The notes under the pieces were generated by a model. The model had not been told where the DNA came from, ran no database searches, and worked only from the letters and a program-made list of their open reading frames with translations. A stretch of DNA of 64,000 nt from an uncultured virus (IMG/VR IMGVR_UViG_2061766007_000285) (taxonomy: Duplodnaviria; Heunggongvirae; Uroviricota; Caudoviricetes), in IMG/VR virus record IMGVR_UViG_2061766007_000285. One strand, 5' to 3'. Positions 49,066 through 59,006 of this stretch are shown here, piece by piece. The translations under genes and the position numbers were made by a program. Position 1 is the stretch's first letter; the number at the start of each line of letters is the position of its first letter.

Positions 49066-49470
49066 ATGAACACGAAGCCGAACAAAAAGACTTGTTACAG
49101 CCGCGCCGTGGTGGGGACGAACCTCACCACGGGAGAGCGGCGCAAGTGGCCGAGCGTGAAGACCGCCGCCGAGGGTTGCGGGATGCAGGCATCATGGTTC
49201 ACCCACCTATTGAGAGGCCACCAGCCCGCAAACGGCTGGCTTTGCGCCTACGAGGACGAACAAGATTGGTTCGCCGAGAGGCTCGACTACTTCAAGCGGT
49301 CGGGCAAGTTCAAGAGAACCGACCCCAGCAAGGACAAATCCATGAAGGGCAAGGTCGCCCTGCGGATTGACAGCCGGACGGTGATTTACGTGACCCCTGA
49401 CAAGGCCACACCCGAATACGCACAACATTATATCAACAAACTGAAAGGAATAAAAGATGAACAAGACTAA
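49066..49470 (+). CDS. NUMOD1-like DNA-binding protein
   Basis: KWPSVKTAAEGCG..ANGW. Confidence 0.5.
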   Translation: MNTKPNKKTCYSRAVVGTNLTTGERRKWPSVKTAAEGCGMQASWFTHLLRGHQPANGWLCAYEDEQDWFAERLDYFKRSGKFKRTDPSKDKSMKGKVALRIDSRTVIYVTPDKATPEYAQHYINKLKGIKDEQD

Positions 49471-50224
49471 AATCGCGTGGACTGAACGCACATGGAATCC
49501 CGTCACGGGATGCACCAAGATTTCCGAGGGTTGCCGCCATTGCTATGCCGAGGTCATGGCAAAAAGATTGCAAGGCATGGGGCAAAAGCGGTATAAGAAC
49601 GGCTTCACCCTGACCCTTCACCCCGAAGCCCTGAATGAGCCAAAGAAGGTCAAAGAGCCTTCGATGTTTTTCGTTTGCTCGATGGCCGACCTTTTCCACA
49701 AGGACGTGCCGTTTGAGTTTGTGGATAGGGTGATGAACACGATTGCGGAATGCCCTCAACACACTTTCCAAATCCTGACCAAAAGGATTGACAATTTGTA
49801 TTGCTACCTTATCGAGTGGCTGGACTACCCGTTTCAGTCAATCCCTGAAAACTGCTGGATTGGCACCACCGTGGAAAACGCCAGCGCGAAGGAAAGAATC
49901 AAGACCCTTGCGGAGTTGAAGGATTCCCCCGTCAGGTTCCTTTCGTGTGAGCCTCTTTTGGGCGATTTGGGAGAGTTAGACCTTCAAGGCATTGATTGGG
50001 TCATAGTGGGCGGCGAAAGCGGCTCACAAGCCCGAAAAATGAGCAAAGAATGGGTTTTGAACATTCAACGCCAATGCGCCGAGCAAGATGTCCCCTTCTT
50101 TTTCAAGCAATGGGGTACCTGGGGCGAGGATGGCATCAAGAGAAACAAAAAGGCCAACGGATTCCTGATTGACGGCAAGGTTTGTCAGGAATGGCCGAAA
50201 GTATGGAAAGGAGGTTTGCAATGA
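49457..50224 (+). CDS. DUF5131 / Gp37-Gp68 radical-SAM-like protein
   Basis: TWNPVTGCTKISEGCRHCYA, SMADLFH, SCEPLLG, VGGESG, FFFKQWG. Confidence 0.9.
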   Translation: MNKTKIAWTERTWNPVTGCTKISEGCRHCYAEVMAKRLQGMGQKRYKNGFTLTLHPEALNEPKKVKEPSMFFVCSMADLFHKDVPFEFVDRVMNTIAECPQHTFQILTKRIDNLYCYLIEWLDYPFQSIPENCWIGTTVENASAKERIKTLAELKDSPVRFLSCEPLLGDLGELDLQGIDWVIVGGESGSQARKMSKEWVLNIQRQCAEQDVPFFFKQWGTWGEDGIKRNKKANGFLIDGKVCQEWPKVWKGGLQ

Positions 50225-50487
50225 AAGTACAAGTAACTGCAATGAAACTCGTTTGCGACTGCTGCGGCGAGACCTACGAGAATTACAATGGATGGACTTG
50301 CATCGTTGGCGATGTGGATGGTAGTGACATCCTGCAAGAGGCATTGAATGATAATTGGTTGGAATTGGGTGGTAAGCACTACTGCCCAAAATGCTATTCA
50401 ATCGACAAAGACGATAATTATGCCACGAAAGACGGATGTGTTTACGATGGTGAAACCGAAGAACTACTGAAAGGAGGTCAGCAATGA
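50221..50487 (+). CDS. Small zinc-finger protein
   Basis: CDCCG...HYCPKC. Confidence 0.6.
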   Translation: MKVQVTAMKLVCDCCGETYENYNGWTCIVGDVDGSDILQEALNDNWLELGGKHYCPKCYSIDKDDNYATKDGCVYDGETEELLKGGQQ

Positions 50488-51191
50488 GTTTGAAACACAT
50501 TACATTTACGGGTATTGATTCAAAGACTGACATTAAGGCTTTGCAGGAAATAACCAAAAAATACCCGATTGTTGAATTTGGAGTATTGACAAGCTATCAT
50601 TATTACGAAAATGGGAATCGCTACCTTGAACCAACGCTAATGGGCGGGCTTCGTGATAAAAACCTTAATCTTTCACTTCATATTTGCGGAACTGCGGCTC
50701 ACGATGCTTCCCGTGGTTTTTGGGGTAAAATAATCGAACTGACGAAAGACAACCTCGATATTTTCAAGCGTTGTCAGGTGAACATTGCCAACCGAAAAGA
50801 CAATTACCCTTATTGTTGGATGGCTTCATACCCATATCAGGAAATCATTATCCAGCAGCGTAATATCTACGAACTTAAACTTTTCCAAGTCACGATGGAT
50901 TTATGGAGAGAGCCAGCCGCATTCTCCGTGTTGCTTGATGCTTCAGGAGGGCGTGGCATAGACACGGCTATCGAGATTCTCAATAGAGATTACAAAGTCG
51001 GCTATGCTGGCGGTTTTAACCCTGATAATGTCGGCGAAAAGTTGTCATACCTTATGGATAATGTCAAAGGTGACTTTTGGATTGATATGGAATCAGGAGT
51101 ACGGACAAACGATTGGTTTGATTTGGAAAAGGTTGTCAAAGTCTTGGAAATATGCGAACCTATTATCAAGAAAGGAGGTCAGGATGATTAA
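50484..51191 (+). CDS. Phosphoribosylanthranilate-isomerase-like TIM-barrel protein
   Basis: LLDASGGRG, GYAGGFNPDNV, WIDMESGVR. Confidence 0.65.
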   Translation: MSLKHITFTGIDSKTDIKALQEITKKYPIVEFGVLTSYHYYENGNRYLEPTLMGGLRDKNLNLSLHICGTAAHDASRGFWGKIIELTKDNLDIFKRCQVNIANRKDNYPYCWMASYPYQEIIIQQRNIYELKLFQVTMDLWREPAAFSVLLDASGGRGIDTAIEILNRDYKVGYAGGFNPDNVGEKLSYLMDNVKGDFWIDMESGVRTNDWFDLEKVVKVLEICEPIIKKGGQDD

Positions 51192-51474
51192 GGTCATAGT
51201 TGAGCGCAAAAGCACGGGCGACACCAAGGAATACCGCCGCCACAAGCTAATTGAAATCATCATCATGTATGTGGCCGCTGCCGTTTACGCTGCCCTGATG
51301 ATTGCCGTTGTCCTTTGGAGGGAATACATGCTTGCTTTGTGTTTCCTTTCCTACTCCTACATCTTTTTCGCAAAAGGCCGCGAATGGGATAGGCAAAACT
51401 TGTTGATTGAGTTTGTGGTGGACTTGTCGCAAGCCCTGACCGAAAAGACCGAGGAAGGAGGCGATGATGAATAG
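51184..51474 (+). CDS. Small membrane protein
   Basis: Two hydrophobic segments. Confidence 0.5.
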   Translation: MIKVIVERKSTGDTKEYRRHKLIEIIIMYVAAAVYAALMIAVVLWREYMLALCFLSYSYIFFAKGREWDRQNLLIEFVVDLSQALTEKTEEGGDDE

Positions 51475-52057
51475 ATACCACAAAAAGAAAAACCTCTTCA
51501 AGTTCTTCAAGTCGAAGGACTTCAATGAGGCAAGGATGAAGATGTGCGCGATTTATGTGCTGTTGTCGTATGCCAACGAGCTGCACGAGGATGTGGATAG
51601 GCTGTTGCAGGGCTACGAGGGGCTGATGATTGGGATGCTGAAACACAAGTCGAAGCTGGCTTCCAAGGCACTTGATGAGTACGACAAAGAATATGCCCTT
51701 CACATAGAGGGTGGCATGGGTACCGTGGCCGACACCACCATCATTGCCACTTCCGAGATCGAGACCGCCATCAAGCAAAACCAGTTTTTCCTTCAGGAGG
51801 GCTACAAGGCCGTGGCACGCGCCATATCCGAGCAGATGGAAAAGACCATCAACGACCCCGAAGAATTGGAAAAGGAGGCGTTTTGCGGCTTTGAGATTTT
51901 CGACCCCGAAAGCCACGAAGTGACCAAGAACGAGACCTTGCGGCTTATCCGCAGGGATTTGGACGGCAACCCTGATGTGGATGCCATTATGAAGGGTGTT
52001 GAACTCGGCTTCGACACCGCCGTGAACTATGTGAACAAGATTTATTTGGAGGCTTGA
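51464..52057 (+). CDS. Hypothetical protein
   Basis: 197-aa ORF in operon. Confidence 0.6.
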   Translation: MMNRYHKKKNLFKFFKSKDFNEARMKMCAIYVLLSYANELHEDVDRLLQGYEGLMIGMLKHKSKLASKALDEYDKEYALHIEGGMGTVADTTIIATSEIETAIKQNQFFLQEGYKAVARAISEQMEKTINDPEELEKEAFCGFEIFDPESHEVTKNETLRLIRRDLDGNPDVDAIMKGVELGFDTAVNYVNKIYLEA

Positions 52058-52061
52058 AACG

Positions 52062-52478
52062 ATGAAAAGGAAACCAATACCAAAGGAAATGCGCCAATCG
52101 GTATATGAAAAGTACCAAGGCCATTGCGCCTATTGCGGCAAGAAACTGAACATCGGTGAAATGCAGGTTGACCATGCCATACCCCTTGCGGGCTTATGGT
52201 ATGGCAAAGACCGAAAGAAGGTTGCCGATATGATTGAGGACGGTTCCATCAACAATATCGAGAACCTGATGCCAGCTTGCCGAGCCTGCAACTACTACAA
52301 AGGCGTTGGCGATATTGAGCAATTCCGCTACCGCATTAAGAATGAGTTAGACCACACCTGCAGGGGTACATTCCAAGCCCGCCTTGCGATTCAGTTTGGA
52401 ATCATTGAGTACCACCAATGGGATGGTAAGTTTTACTTTGAAAAAATGAATCAAAATGAAAAAGATAATGTTCAATGA
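52062..52478 (+). CDS. HNH endonuclease
   Basis: CAYCG..QVDH..NLMPACRACN..K. Confidence 0.88.
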   Translation: MKRKPIPKEMRQSVYEKYQGHCAYCGKKLNIGEMQVDHAIPLAGLWYGKDRKKVADMIEDGSINNIENLMPACRACNYYKGVGDIEQFRYRIKNELDHTCRGTFQARLAIQFGIIEYHQWDGKFYFEKMNQNEKDNVQ

Positions 52479-53067
52479 CAAGTACGGCCTGACCAATGCC
52501 GTGCTGAGTGGAAAAAAGACCATGACACGAAGGTTTTTCTTTGCCAATATCCATGAATACAATGTAATCCGTCAGAGTTTGCTGGATGTTGAGGAAAACC
52601 AAAATGAAAACCGCCGTGCCATTATCAAAAAGTATTCAAGATACCAAGTCGGTGAAATTGTCGCAGTGGCGCAAAGCTATGAAAGTATGGCCAATGGCGG
52701 CTATCTTGACCGAATGACCGTGCCAGCCGACAACGCCGTTGGGTTTGAGCTCAAACTTGAGTATTGCGGTGGCGGCTATAAAAACAAGATGTTTGTGAGT
52801 GCAGACCTTATGCCACACCATATTTACATTACTGACATCAAAATTGAGCTGTTGCAGGACATAAGCGATGAGGATTGTTTGAAAGAAGGTCTTGATTGGA
52901 TAATTGGAACGCCTGGAATACTCAAAAAATGGACGTTTTTCGGAACCAAAAAAACATGGAATACTCGGCGCGAAGCCTTTGCCGCCCTTATCGACAAGGT
53001 GAGTGGAAAAGGCACATGGGAAAACAACCCCTATGTTTTTGCATATTCATTCAAACTAATAGATTAA
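52456..53067 (+). CDS. ASCH/PUA-like phage protein
   Basis: IMFN..VLSGKKTMTRR...LQDISDEDCLKEG...WENNPYVF. Confidence 0.65.
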   Translation: MKKIMFNDKYGLTNAVLSGKKTMTRRFFFANIHEYNVIRQSLLDVEENQNENRRAIIKKYSRYQVGEIVAVAQSYESMANGGYLDRMTVPADNAVGFELKLEYCGGGYKNKMFVSADLMPHHIYITDIKIELLQDISDEDCLKEGLDWIIGTPGILKKWTFFGTKKTWNTRREAFAALIDKVSGKGTWENNPYVFAYSFKLID

Positions 53068-53078
53068 ATTTCATCATT

Positions 53079-53282
53079 ATGGAAAACCCCTACGAATTTA
53101 TCCACATGGCGACCGTTGAACGCCTTGCGGACATCATGGAACACCTCTACGATGAGGATGAGAGTTGCAACCCCCTCTACAACGAAAACGAGCGCATTGA
53201 GGCTGCAAAGGAGGCGGCATCGCGGCTGAGGATGCTGCACAATCGCCCCGAAAAATTCAACCACGAAGCATTCAGTTGTTAA
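53079..53282 (+). CDS. Hypothetical protein
   Basis: MENPYEF... short ORF. Confidence 0.45.
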   Translation: MENPYEFIHMATVERLADIMEHLYDEDESCNPLYNENERIEAAKEAASRLRMLHNRPEKFNHEAFSC

Positions 53283-53301
53283 ACCCCTAAATCAAAGTAT
53301 T

Positions 53302-53652
53302 ATGGCAAAAGAAAAAGAAATGACACTCGGCGAATTGATTGAGTCCGAGAAATTCAAGACCGAGCTGGAGACCCAAATCAATAAGGCGTTCAAGGAATAC
53401 GACACGGCCGCTGACAAGTTCGACAAAGTGAAGCGAAACCCGATGATGCGCCTGCGTGAAATGGGTGCCGAGAAACCACAAAAGATGATTGAGCTGTATA
53501 TCGGCATCATCGACCACAACAGCGACCTGCCAGCAACCTTGCGCGAGTATGTGACCAAGATTTGCGAGCCGATTCTTAACAAATGCCTCGTTGACCTCTA
53601 CAAGGAAATGAAGGCGAAGGAAAAGGAGGGCGAAGATGGCAACGAAGCATGA
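53302..53652 (+). CDS. Hypothetical protein
   Basis: 116-aa ORF. Confidence 0.6.
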   Translation: MAKEKEMTLGELIESEKFKTELETQINKAFKEYDTAADKFDKVKRNPMMRLREMGAEKPQKMIELYIGIIDHNSDLPATLREYVTKICEPILNKCLVDLYKEMKAKEKEGEDGNEA

Positions 53653-53793
53653 CCCCGATTCCATCGTGACCGAGAGCCGCATGGAGGTGCTGATGGACGG
53701 CTGGACGATTGTGGTCGTCTCCACCTTCAAGGACGGCAAGAATGTGGGAATCAATATCTACAAGGCAAAGCATAACCAAAAACAATTAGAATC

Positions 53794-54264
53794 ATGGCTT
53801 CAGTAAACATGGCAGTAGTGGTGGGGTTTGTCGGTGACACCCCACGAATCAACACGACCCAATCAGGGCGCAAGATGGCATCGTTCTCGATTGCCACCAC
53901 CGAAAAGGGCTACACCAACCAAAGCGGCCAGCAGATACCCGACAAAACCGAGTGGCACAACATTGTGTGCTGGGGAAAGACGGCGGAGGTGGTCGAGCGG
54001 TTTGTGCATAAAGGTAGCCAGCTCTACATTCAGGGCAAGATGCGGACCCGCACCTACGAAAAGGACGGGCAAACCCGCTACACCTTCGAAATCGAGTGCG
54101 AGACCCTGCAACTGCTTGACCGCCGCAATGACGGCCAAGGCCAACCGCAAACGGCCTACCAGCCCCAATCCCAGCCCCAACAGCAGTACCAGCAACCCCA
54201 ACCCCAACCACGAGTAAACAGTTGGGATGAACCCATCGAACCCATTGGCGACTTGCCCTTTTGA
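53794..54264 (+). CDS. ssb: Single-stranded DNA-binding protein
   Basis: TEWHNIVCWG, KGSQLYIQGKMRTR, C-terminal DLPF. Confidence 0.95.
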   Translation: MASVNMAVVVGFVGDTPRINTTQSGRKMASFSIATTEKGYTNQSGQQIPDKTEWHNIVCWGKTAEVVERFVHKGSQLYIQGKMRTRTYEKDGQTRYTFEIECETLQLLDRRNDGQGQPQTAYQPQSQPQQQYQQPQPQPRVNSWDEPIEPIGDLPF

Positions 54265-54266
54265 TT

Positions 54267-54614
54267 ATGAGACACCAAGAGAGTGAGATACAGCGTAATT
54301 GTGTGGCGTGGTTCAGGCTGCAATATCCAAGGCTTGCGTTGCTGTTGTTCGCCGTGCCGAATGGCGGGGCGAGGTGGCGGACGGAGGCCGCGATAATGAA
54401 GGCCGAGGGCGTGACGGCTGGGGTGGCCGATTTGCTATTCCTCTACCCTGCCAAAGGTTTTCACGGGCTTTGCATCGAAATGAAGACCCCTGACGGGAAA
54501 CAGCAGGCCACACAAAAGGCGTGGCAGAAGGCCGTTGAGGATGCGGGCTACAAATACGCCCTATGCCGTTCCTTCGAGGGCTTCATGGACGAGATAAACG
54601 CTTATTTGCGTTGA
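54267..54614 (+). CDS. VRR-NUC nuclease
   Basis: FAVPNGG, GVADL, IEMKT. Confidence 0.85.
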   Translation: MRHQESEIQRNCVAWFRLQYPRLALLLFAVPNGGARWRTEAAIMKAEGVTAGVADLLFLYPAKGFHGLCIEMKTPDGKQQATQKAWQKAVEDAGYKYALCRSFEGFMDEINAYLR

Positions 54615-54703
54615 TTTTCCTTTTTTTTGAGCGAAAAGGGTACTTAATAAGCACCCTTTTCGTATTTTTGCGGCGGTTATCAACTAACTTAAATTCAAGT
54701 AAT

Positions 54704-55807
54704 ATGAAAAGAATGACGATGAAACTCGGCGGATTGGTAAGGCTTGCCGCCTTGTTTGTCGCGCTTGCCTTCTGCATGACGGGGGCTGCGCAAAGGCCTT
54801 ACAAGTACGATTCAGGCCACAAGTACTCATTGCTGTCTAATTGGACGGTGGGCGTGGCCGGGCAATACTCAAACTACCACGGTGCTTCGGGCGTGGGCAT
54901 TTCGGCCTTGGCCACGAAGCGTGTGGATGACCTTTGGAGGCTTCGCTTTGAGGCCACCATGAACGGGCTGCGTGATGTCGAAGGCTTCGACCGCTACGGC
55001 ACGGCTATGGCCGGCGTTTCGTTTGATTTCCTGAATTGGATGTACCTCTTTGCCGATGCTGGCGCGGTGATTAACCCCACAATGGCCACCAAATGCGGCC
55101 TTGCGGGTGACGCTGGCCTTGGCCTGAATGTGAACTTCGGGAAACACTCGATGCTGTGGCTGGAGGGCGGCAGCGACCTGGTTCAGCATAATGCGTCATG
55201 GGACAATACATTCTTTGCCCGCCTTGGATATTCCGCAAGGATGGGAATCACGGAGGGCGACCGCGTGGCCATTGACATCGACAACAATATGCGAAACACC
55301 TATGGCGAAATCAAGCAGGAAAACGCCCTATTGAAATCCGAGGCCAAAAAGAAGGATGAGGATAATGCGAGGCTGACGGACTTGCTGGAGCGTTCCACCG
55401 CCGCGCTGGAGTTGGCAACGCAAAGGTTGAGCAATTGTCAGTCGGAAGTGCAGCAGGTGACGGAGAACTGCGCCAATATGGGTGATGAGTTGATGCCCAT
55501 TTTCTTCGACTATGCGAGTGCCGAGATTACCCCGATTGAGGATGCCAAGATTGAGCGCATTGCCCATTACATCAACACCCACGGCGGCGAGTATCGGGTG
55601 GAGGGGTATAGTTCCCCCGATGGCAATTCCTACAACAACCAAAAGTTGAGCGGCGACCGTGCCTTCAATGTGTATCAGGCTCTTATCGCCTACGATGTGG
55701 ACAAAGACCGCCTTATCCCGATGGCCAACGGCGTGACCTCCCAATATGGGGATGATTCAGCCCTGAATCGCATGGTAATAGTGAGAAAAACGGAGTATGG
55801 AAATTAG
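54704..55807 (+). CDS. OmpA-family outer membrane protein (beta-barrel, coiled coil, OmpA C-terminus)
   Basis: Signal peptide; IFFDY, GYSSPDG..YNQKLS..RA, NRMV; own -7 box at 54663-54670. Confidence 0.88.
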   Translation: MKRMTMKLGGLVRLAALFVALAFCMTGAAQRPYKYDSGHKYSLLSNWTVGVAGQYSNYHGASGVGISALATKRVDDLWRLRFEATMNGLRDVEGFDRYGTAMAGVSFDFLNWMYLFADAGAVINPTMATKCGLAGDAGLGLNVNFGKHSMLWLEGGSDLVQHNASWDNTFFARLGYSARMGITEGDRVAIDIDNNMRNTYGEIKQENALLKSEAKKKDEDNARLTDLLERSTAALELATQRLSNCQSEVQQVTENCANMGDELMPIFFDYASAEITPIEDAKIERIAHYINTHGGEYRVEGYSSPDGNSYNNQKLSGDRAFNVYQALIAYDVDKDRLIPMANGVTSQYGDDSALNRMVIVRKTEYGN

Positions 55808-56430
55808 TAAAGACATAAAGTCCTTGTTCGTTTGGCTCCCTCTTTCAGAGTTGGAGCCAAACGAGGGGCAACTTGAGGGGTTGCCAGCAAATCCACGCAA
55901 GATTTCCGAAAGCAAGTTGGAGTTGCTGAAAGAAAACATCATGCAATATCCTGAAATGCTGGAGTTGCATAGGATGAAGGTTTACCCTCTTGAAAATGGC
56001 CATTATATCATTGTCGATGGTAATATGCGCCACCGTGCCTTGACTGAACTCTGCTGGGAAAATGCGCCACCGTGCCTTGACTGAACTCGGCTGGGAAAAT
56101 GCGCCGTGTGTCATCATTCCAAAAGAAACCCCTACTGATAGGCTGCAAGCCTATGCTGCCCTTTGTAATGTGGGATTCGGCAAATGGGAATGGGATATGC
56201 TGGGGAATGAGTGGGATGCCGCCCAGCTTTCAGCCTGGGGCGTGGACTTGTTCATTAGCGAGGCCGAACTTAACCCCGATGACTTTTGCAGCGATGGTGA
56301 CGAGAGTAAGACCAAGAACGGGGAAAAGATTGTCATTGTATTGCCTGAAAAACTCATTGGGTCGAAGGATGAAATCAGGGTTATTCTTGAAAATGGGTTG
56401 AAAGCCTATGATGGTGTGACCGTAAAATAG
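55797..56430 (+). CDS. ParB-like N-domain protein, frameshifted by a 37-bp duplication
   Basis: NPRKI, DGNMRHRAL, N..FGKW; paralog of next gene. Confidence 0.75.
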
Positions 56431-56436
56431 TAATCT

Positions 56437-57009
56437 ATGGAAAAAGACAAATACACAATCGAGGTGCTTCCGTTGTCGCTTTTGGATGAGAATTTAGGCC
56501 AAATTGACGGACTGCCACAAAACCCAAGGGAAATCACCAAGGAAAACTTCGAGTTGCTGAAACAAAATGTCGAGGAATACCCTGAATTGCTTAATTATGA
56601 GCTTTTGAAGGTCTATCCCCTTAATGGCCGCTATGTGGTTATAGGCGGCAATATGAGGCTTCGGACTTTGCGGGATGATGGTTGTAGTGAAACGCTGTGC
56701 TATGTCCTTGACGAGGCCACCGATTCCGAGCGTTTGATGGCTTACACAATCCTTGACAACGCCTCCTTTGGTCGCTGGGATTGGGAAAAGCTGTTTAAAG
56801 ATTGGGATGTTACTATGTTGCCCCAATGGGGCTTGAATCTGCCGACCTATGAGGATTCCGACTTGGACGGCCTTTTCGAGACCGAGGAAAAGGAGGATAC
56901 CGACAAGCTGACGGTGGTGATTCCTGAAAGCCTTGCCGACATGAAAAAGGCCATCAAGGATGATATAGAGATATTATTAACCAATTATAAGGGTATAAAA
57001 ATACAATGA
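56437..57009 (+). CDS. ParB-like N-domain protein
   Basis: NPREI, GGNMRLR, DNASFGRWD. Confidence 0.8.
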   Translation: MEKDKYTIEVLPLSLLDENLGQIDGLPQNPREITKENFELLKQNVEEYPELLNYELLKVYPLNGRYVVIGGNMRLRTLRDDGCSETLCYVLDEATDSERLMAYTILDNASFGRWDWEKLFKDWDVTMLPQWGLNLPTYEDSDLDGLFETEEKEDTDKLTVVIPESLADMKKAIKDDIEILLTNYKGIKIQ

Positions 57010-57082
57010 AAAGAGTAGTGATTACCCACAACGAGATAGAGGGTTTCCATTATTACCCTGATGCGCCGAAGTTCTGCGCCTA
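57006..57082 (+). CDS. QueD-like protein, N-terminal fragment (continues at 63366)
   Basis: MKRVVITHNEIEGFHYYPDAPKFCA then N gap. Confidence 0.6.
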
Positions 57083-57092
57083 NNNNNNNNNN

Positions 57093-57380
57093 CTCGGCGT
57101 TGGCCTGCGCCCATTCAAGGTTCACGCCCTCACGAATGGCCATCGTTACGGACGAATGTAGGCGGCGAAGCAAGGCCTCGACCTCTTTTTGCTTTTTCAG
57201 GCTTTCACCGTCAAACGAGAACATCACGCCGTCATCCAATTTCGGCATGGTCTTGTTAATGGCGAGTATGTCATTCACGGTCTGCGCAAACAACAGCCTC
57301 ACTTTCTCGGCGTATGCCTCCGTCCGCTTAATCCTTGCGGCGGTGGAGGCTTTTGGGTCGATGCCTTGTTTCTTTGCCAT
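57093..57380 (-). CDS. MuF protein N-terminal fragment
   Basis: Directly follows portal stop; continues logically at 806/1105. Confidence 0.7.
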
Positions 57381-57387
57381 GATTCAC

Positions 57388-58065
57388 TTACTTTTTCTTG
57401 TTGTCGTCATCGTCATCATTGCCACCGTCACCAAACGAGGCGGCACCGCCTTCATCACCGCCTCCAAAGATGGACTGCTGCTCCTTTTGGCGTTCCTCCT
57501 TTTCCTCGGCCAGCCTATCCAGCTCGCGCTGTGAATCCTTGACAAGCGGGTTCATTTCCACGCCCGTCTCGGTGGAGAGGATGCCAGCATCCACGGCACT
57601 GATGATGTTGTTAAGGTCATCGGCCACATCGTCACCGAAAGGCTCCTGGTATTCGTGGCCAATGGTCATTTCCTTGCATTGCCCGGCCAGCGACACATCC
57701 AGCACATTGCCGATGATGGCCGTAATCAGGGAGGCCGTCCTATCCAACAGCTCATCGTGGCTTTCCTTGCGCTTCGAAGCCTTGATGTCGGCCAGCATCA
57801 TCACGGTTTTCAAAGCCTTGGCCGAAAGCTGGGAAAGGGCTTTCAGGCTATCGGTGGTGATGTTGGGGGTGAAGGACTTTTGCAGAATGTTCATCTGCAG
57901 CCACTCCATTTCTTGTTTCTTGCTTTCGGGTGCGCTGTCCCATGTCAGGTACTTTGCCGCCTTATCCACGCCGTCCTTTTCATTCGTCACCAGCATCTTG
58001 CCCTTTTCCCTCTTTTCGGGAAGATTCTTGATGATTTCAGCCGACATGATGGAAATCGGGTCGGC
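57388..58065 (-). CDS. Portal protein C-terminal fragment
   Basis: Overlaps the 1-614 fragment (ADPISIMSAEIIKNLP); AKYLTWD, ILSTETGV. Confidence 0.8.
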   Translation of the reverse strand, partial: ADPISIMSAEIIKNLPEKREKGKMLVTNEKDGVDKAAKYLTWDSAPESKKQEMEWLQMNILQKSFTPNITTDSLKALSQLSAKALKTVMMLADIKASKRKESHDELLDRTASLITAIIGNVLDVSLAGQCKEMTIGHEYQEPFGDDVADDLNNIISAVDAGILSTETGVEMNPLVKDSQRELDRLAEEKEERQKEQQSIFGGGDEGGAASFGDGGNDDDDDNKKK

Positions 58066-58075
58066 NNNNNNNNNN

Positions 58076-58689
58076 GCTCGTTGTTCAGCAAGTAGTATAT
58101 GTTAGGCAATTCGCGCCATTGGCCATCGTTTTTGTGCCTTCCGATCTCACGGAACAATGCCTCCCTTATATCCCTTATTTCGCTTTCGTTGTTTACGATG
58201 AATATCACATTGTCTGCCTTGCGTCCGTCCTTAATCAACTGCCTCAACGAATCTATGTTATTGTTGAATGCCGGTGCCTTGACATCCCACGTTTGGCCGT
58301 CAAAGTACGCATCGGGATAACCCCTTGGAGTATCCTTGCCGGGCTTGAACTTCAGCAAGTCGCTGTATTTCTTTCCGTCAACGGTGATTTTGTCAATCTT
58401 TCCAGGCACATTTTCAGGAAGGCGCAAAACACCCTTTCCGAGCGATGCAAGCAACATGCAGGCGTTCACCTCCGCCGCGATGCCTACACGGGTCATGTCG
58501 TCCTTATCCTTCAATGAGTGTTTGGCAACATATCCACCCGATTCATCGAAGAACTTCACCTTCAGCCATTCATCGGGCAACGCCTCATATTCTTTCCTTG
58601 CCAATTCTATTTCCTTCCCCTTTTGCAGTCTCTGCTTCGTTTGCGGCGATGAGGTGTCCATTTGGTCATGGATGTCCTTTTCGGTGACC
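58076..58689 (-). CDS. Alternative MuF C-terminal domain, PD-(D/E)xK / CdiA-CT-like nuclease (fragment)
   Basis: Starts with the EKDIHDQMDTSSP junction shared with MuF; PDAYFDGQTWDVKAP motif. Confidence 0.7.
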
Positions 58690-59006
58690 NNNNNNNNNNN
58701 NNNNNNNNNNNNNNNNNNNNNNNNNNNNNNNNNNNNNNNNNNNNNNNNNNNNNNNNNNNNNNNNNNNNNNNNNNNNNNNNNNNNNNNNNNNNNNNNNNNN
58801 NNNNNNNNNNNNNNNNNNNNNNNNNNNNNNNNNNNNNNNNNNNNNNNNNNNNNNNNNNNNNNNNNNNNNNNNNNNNNNNNNNNNNNNNNNNNNNNNNNNN
58901 NNNNNNNNNNNNNNNNNNNNNNNNNNNNNNNNNNNNNNNNNNNNNNNNNNNNNNNNNNNNNNNNNNNNNNNNNNNNNNNNNNNNNNNNNNNNNNNNNNNN
59001 NNNNNN

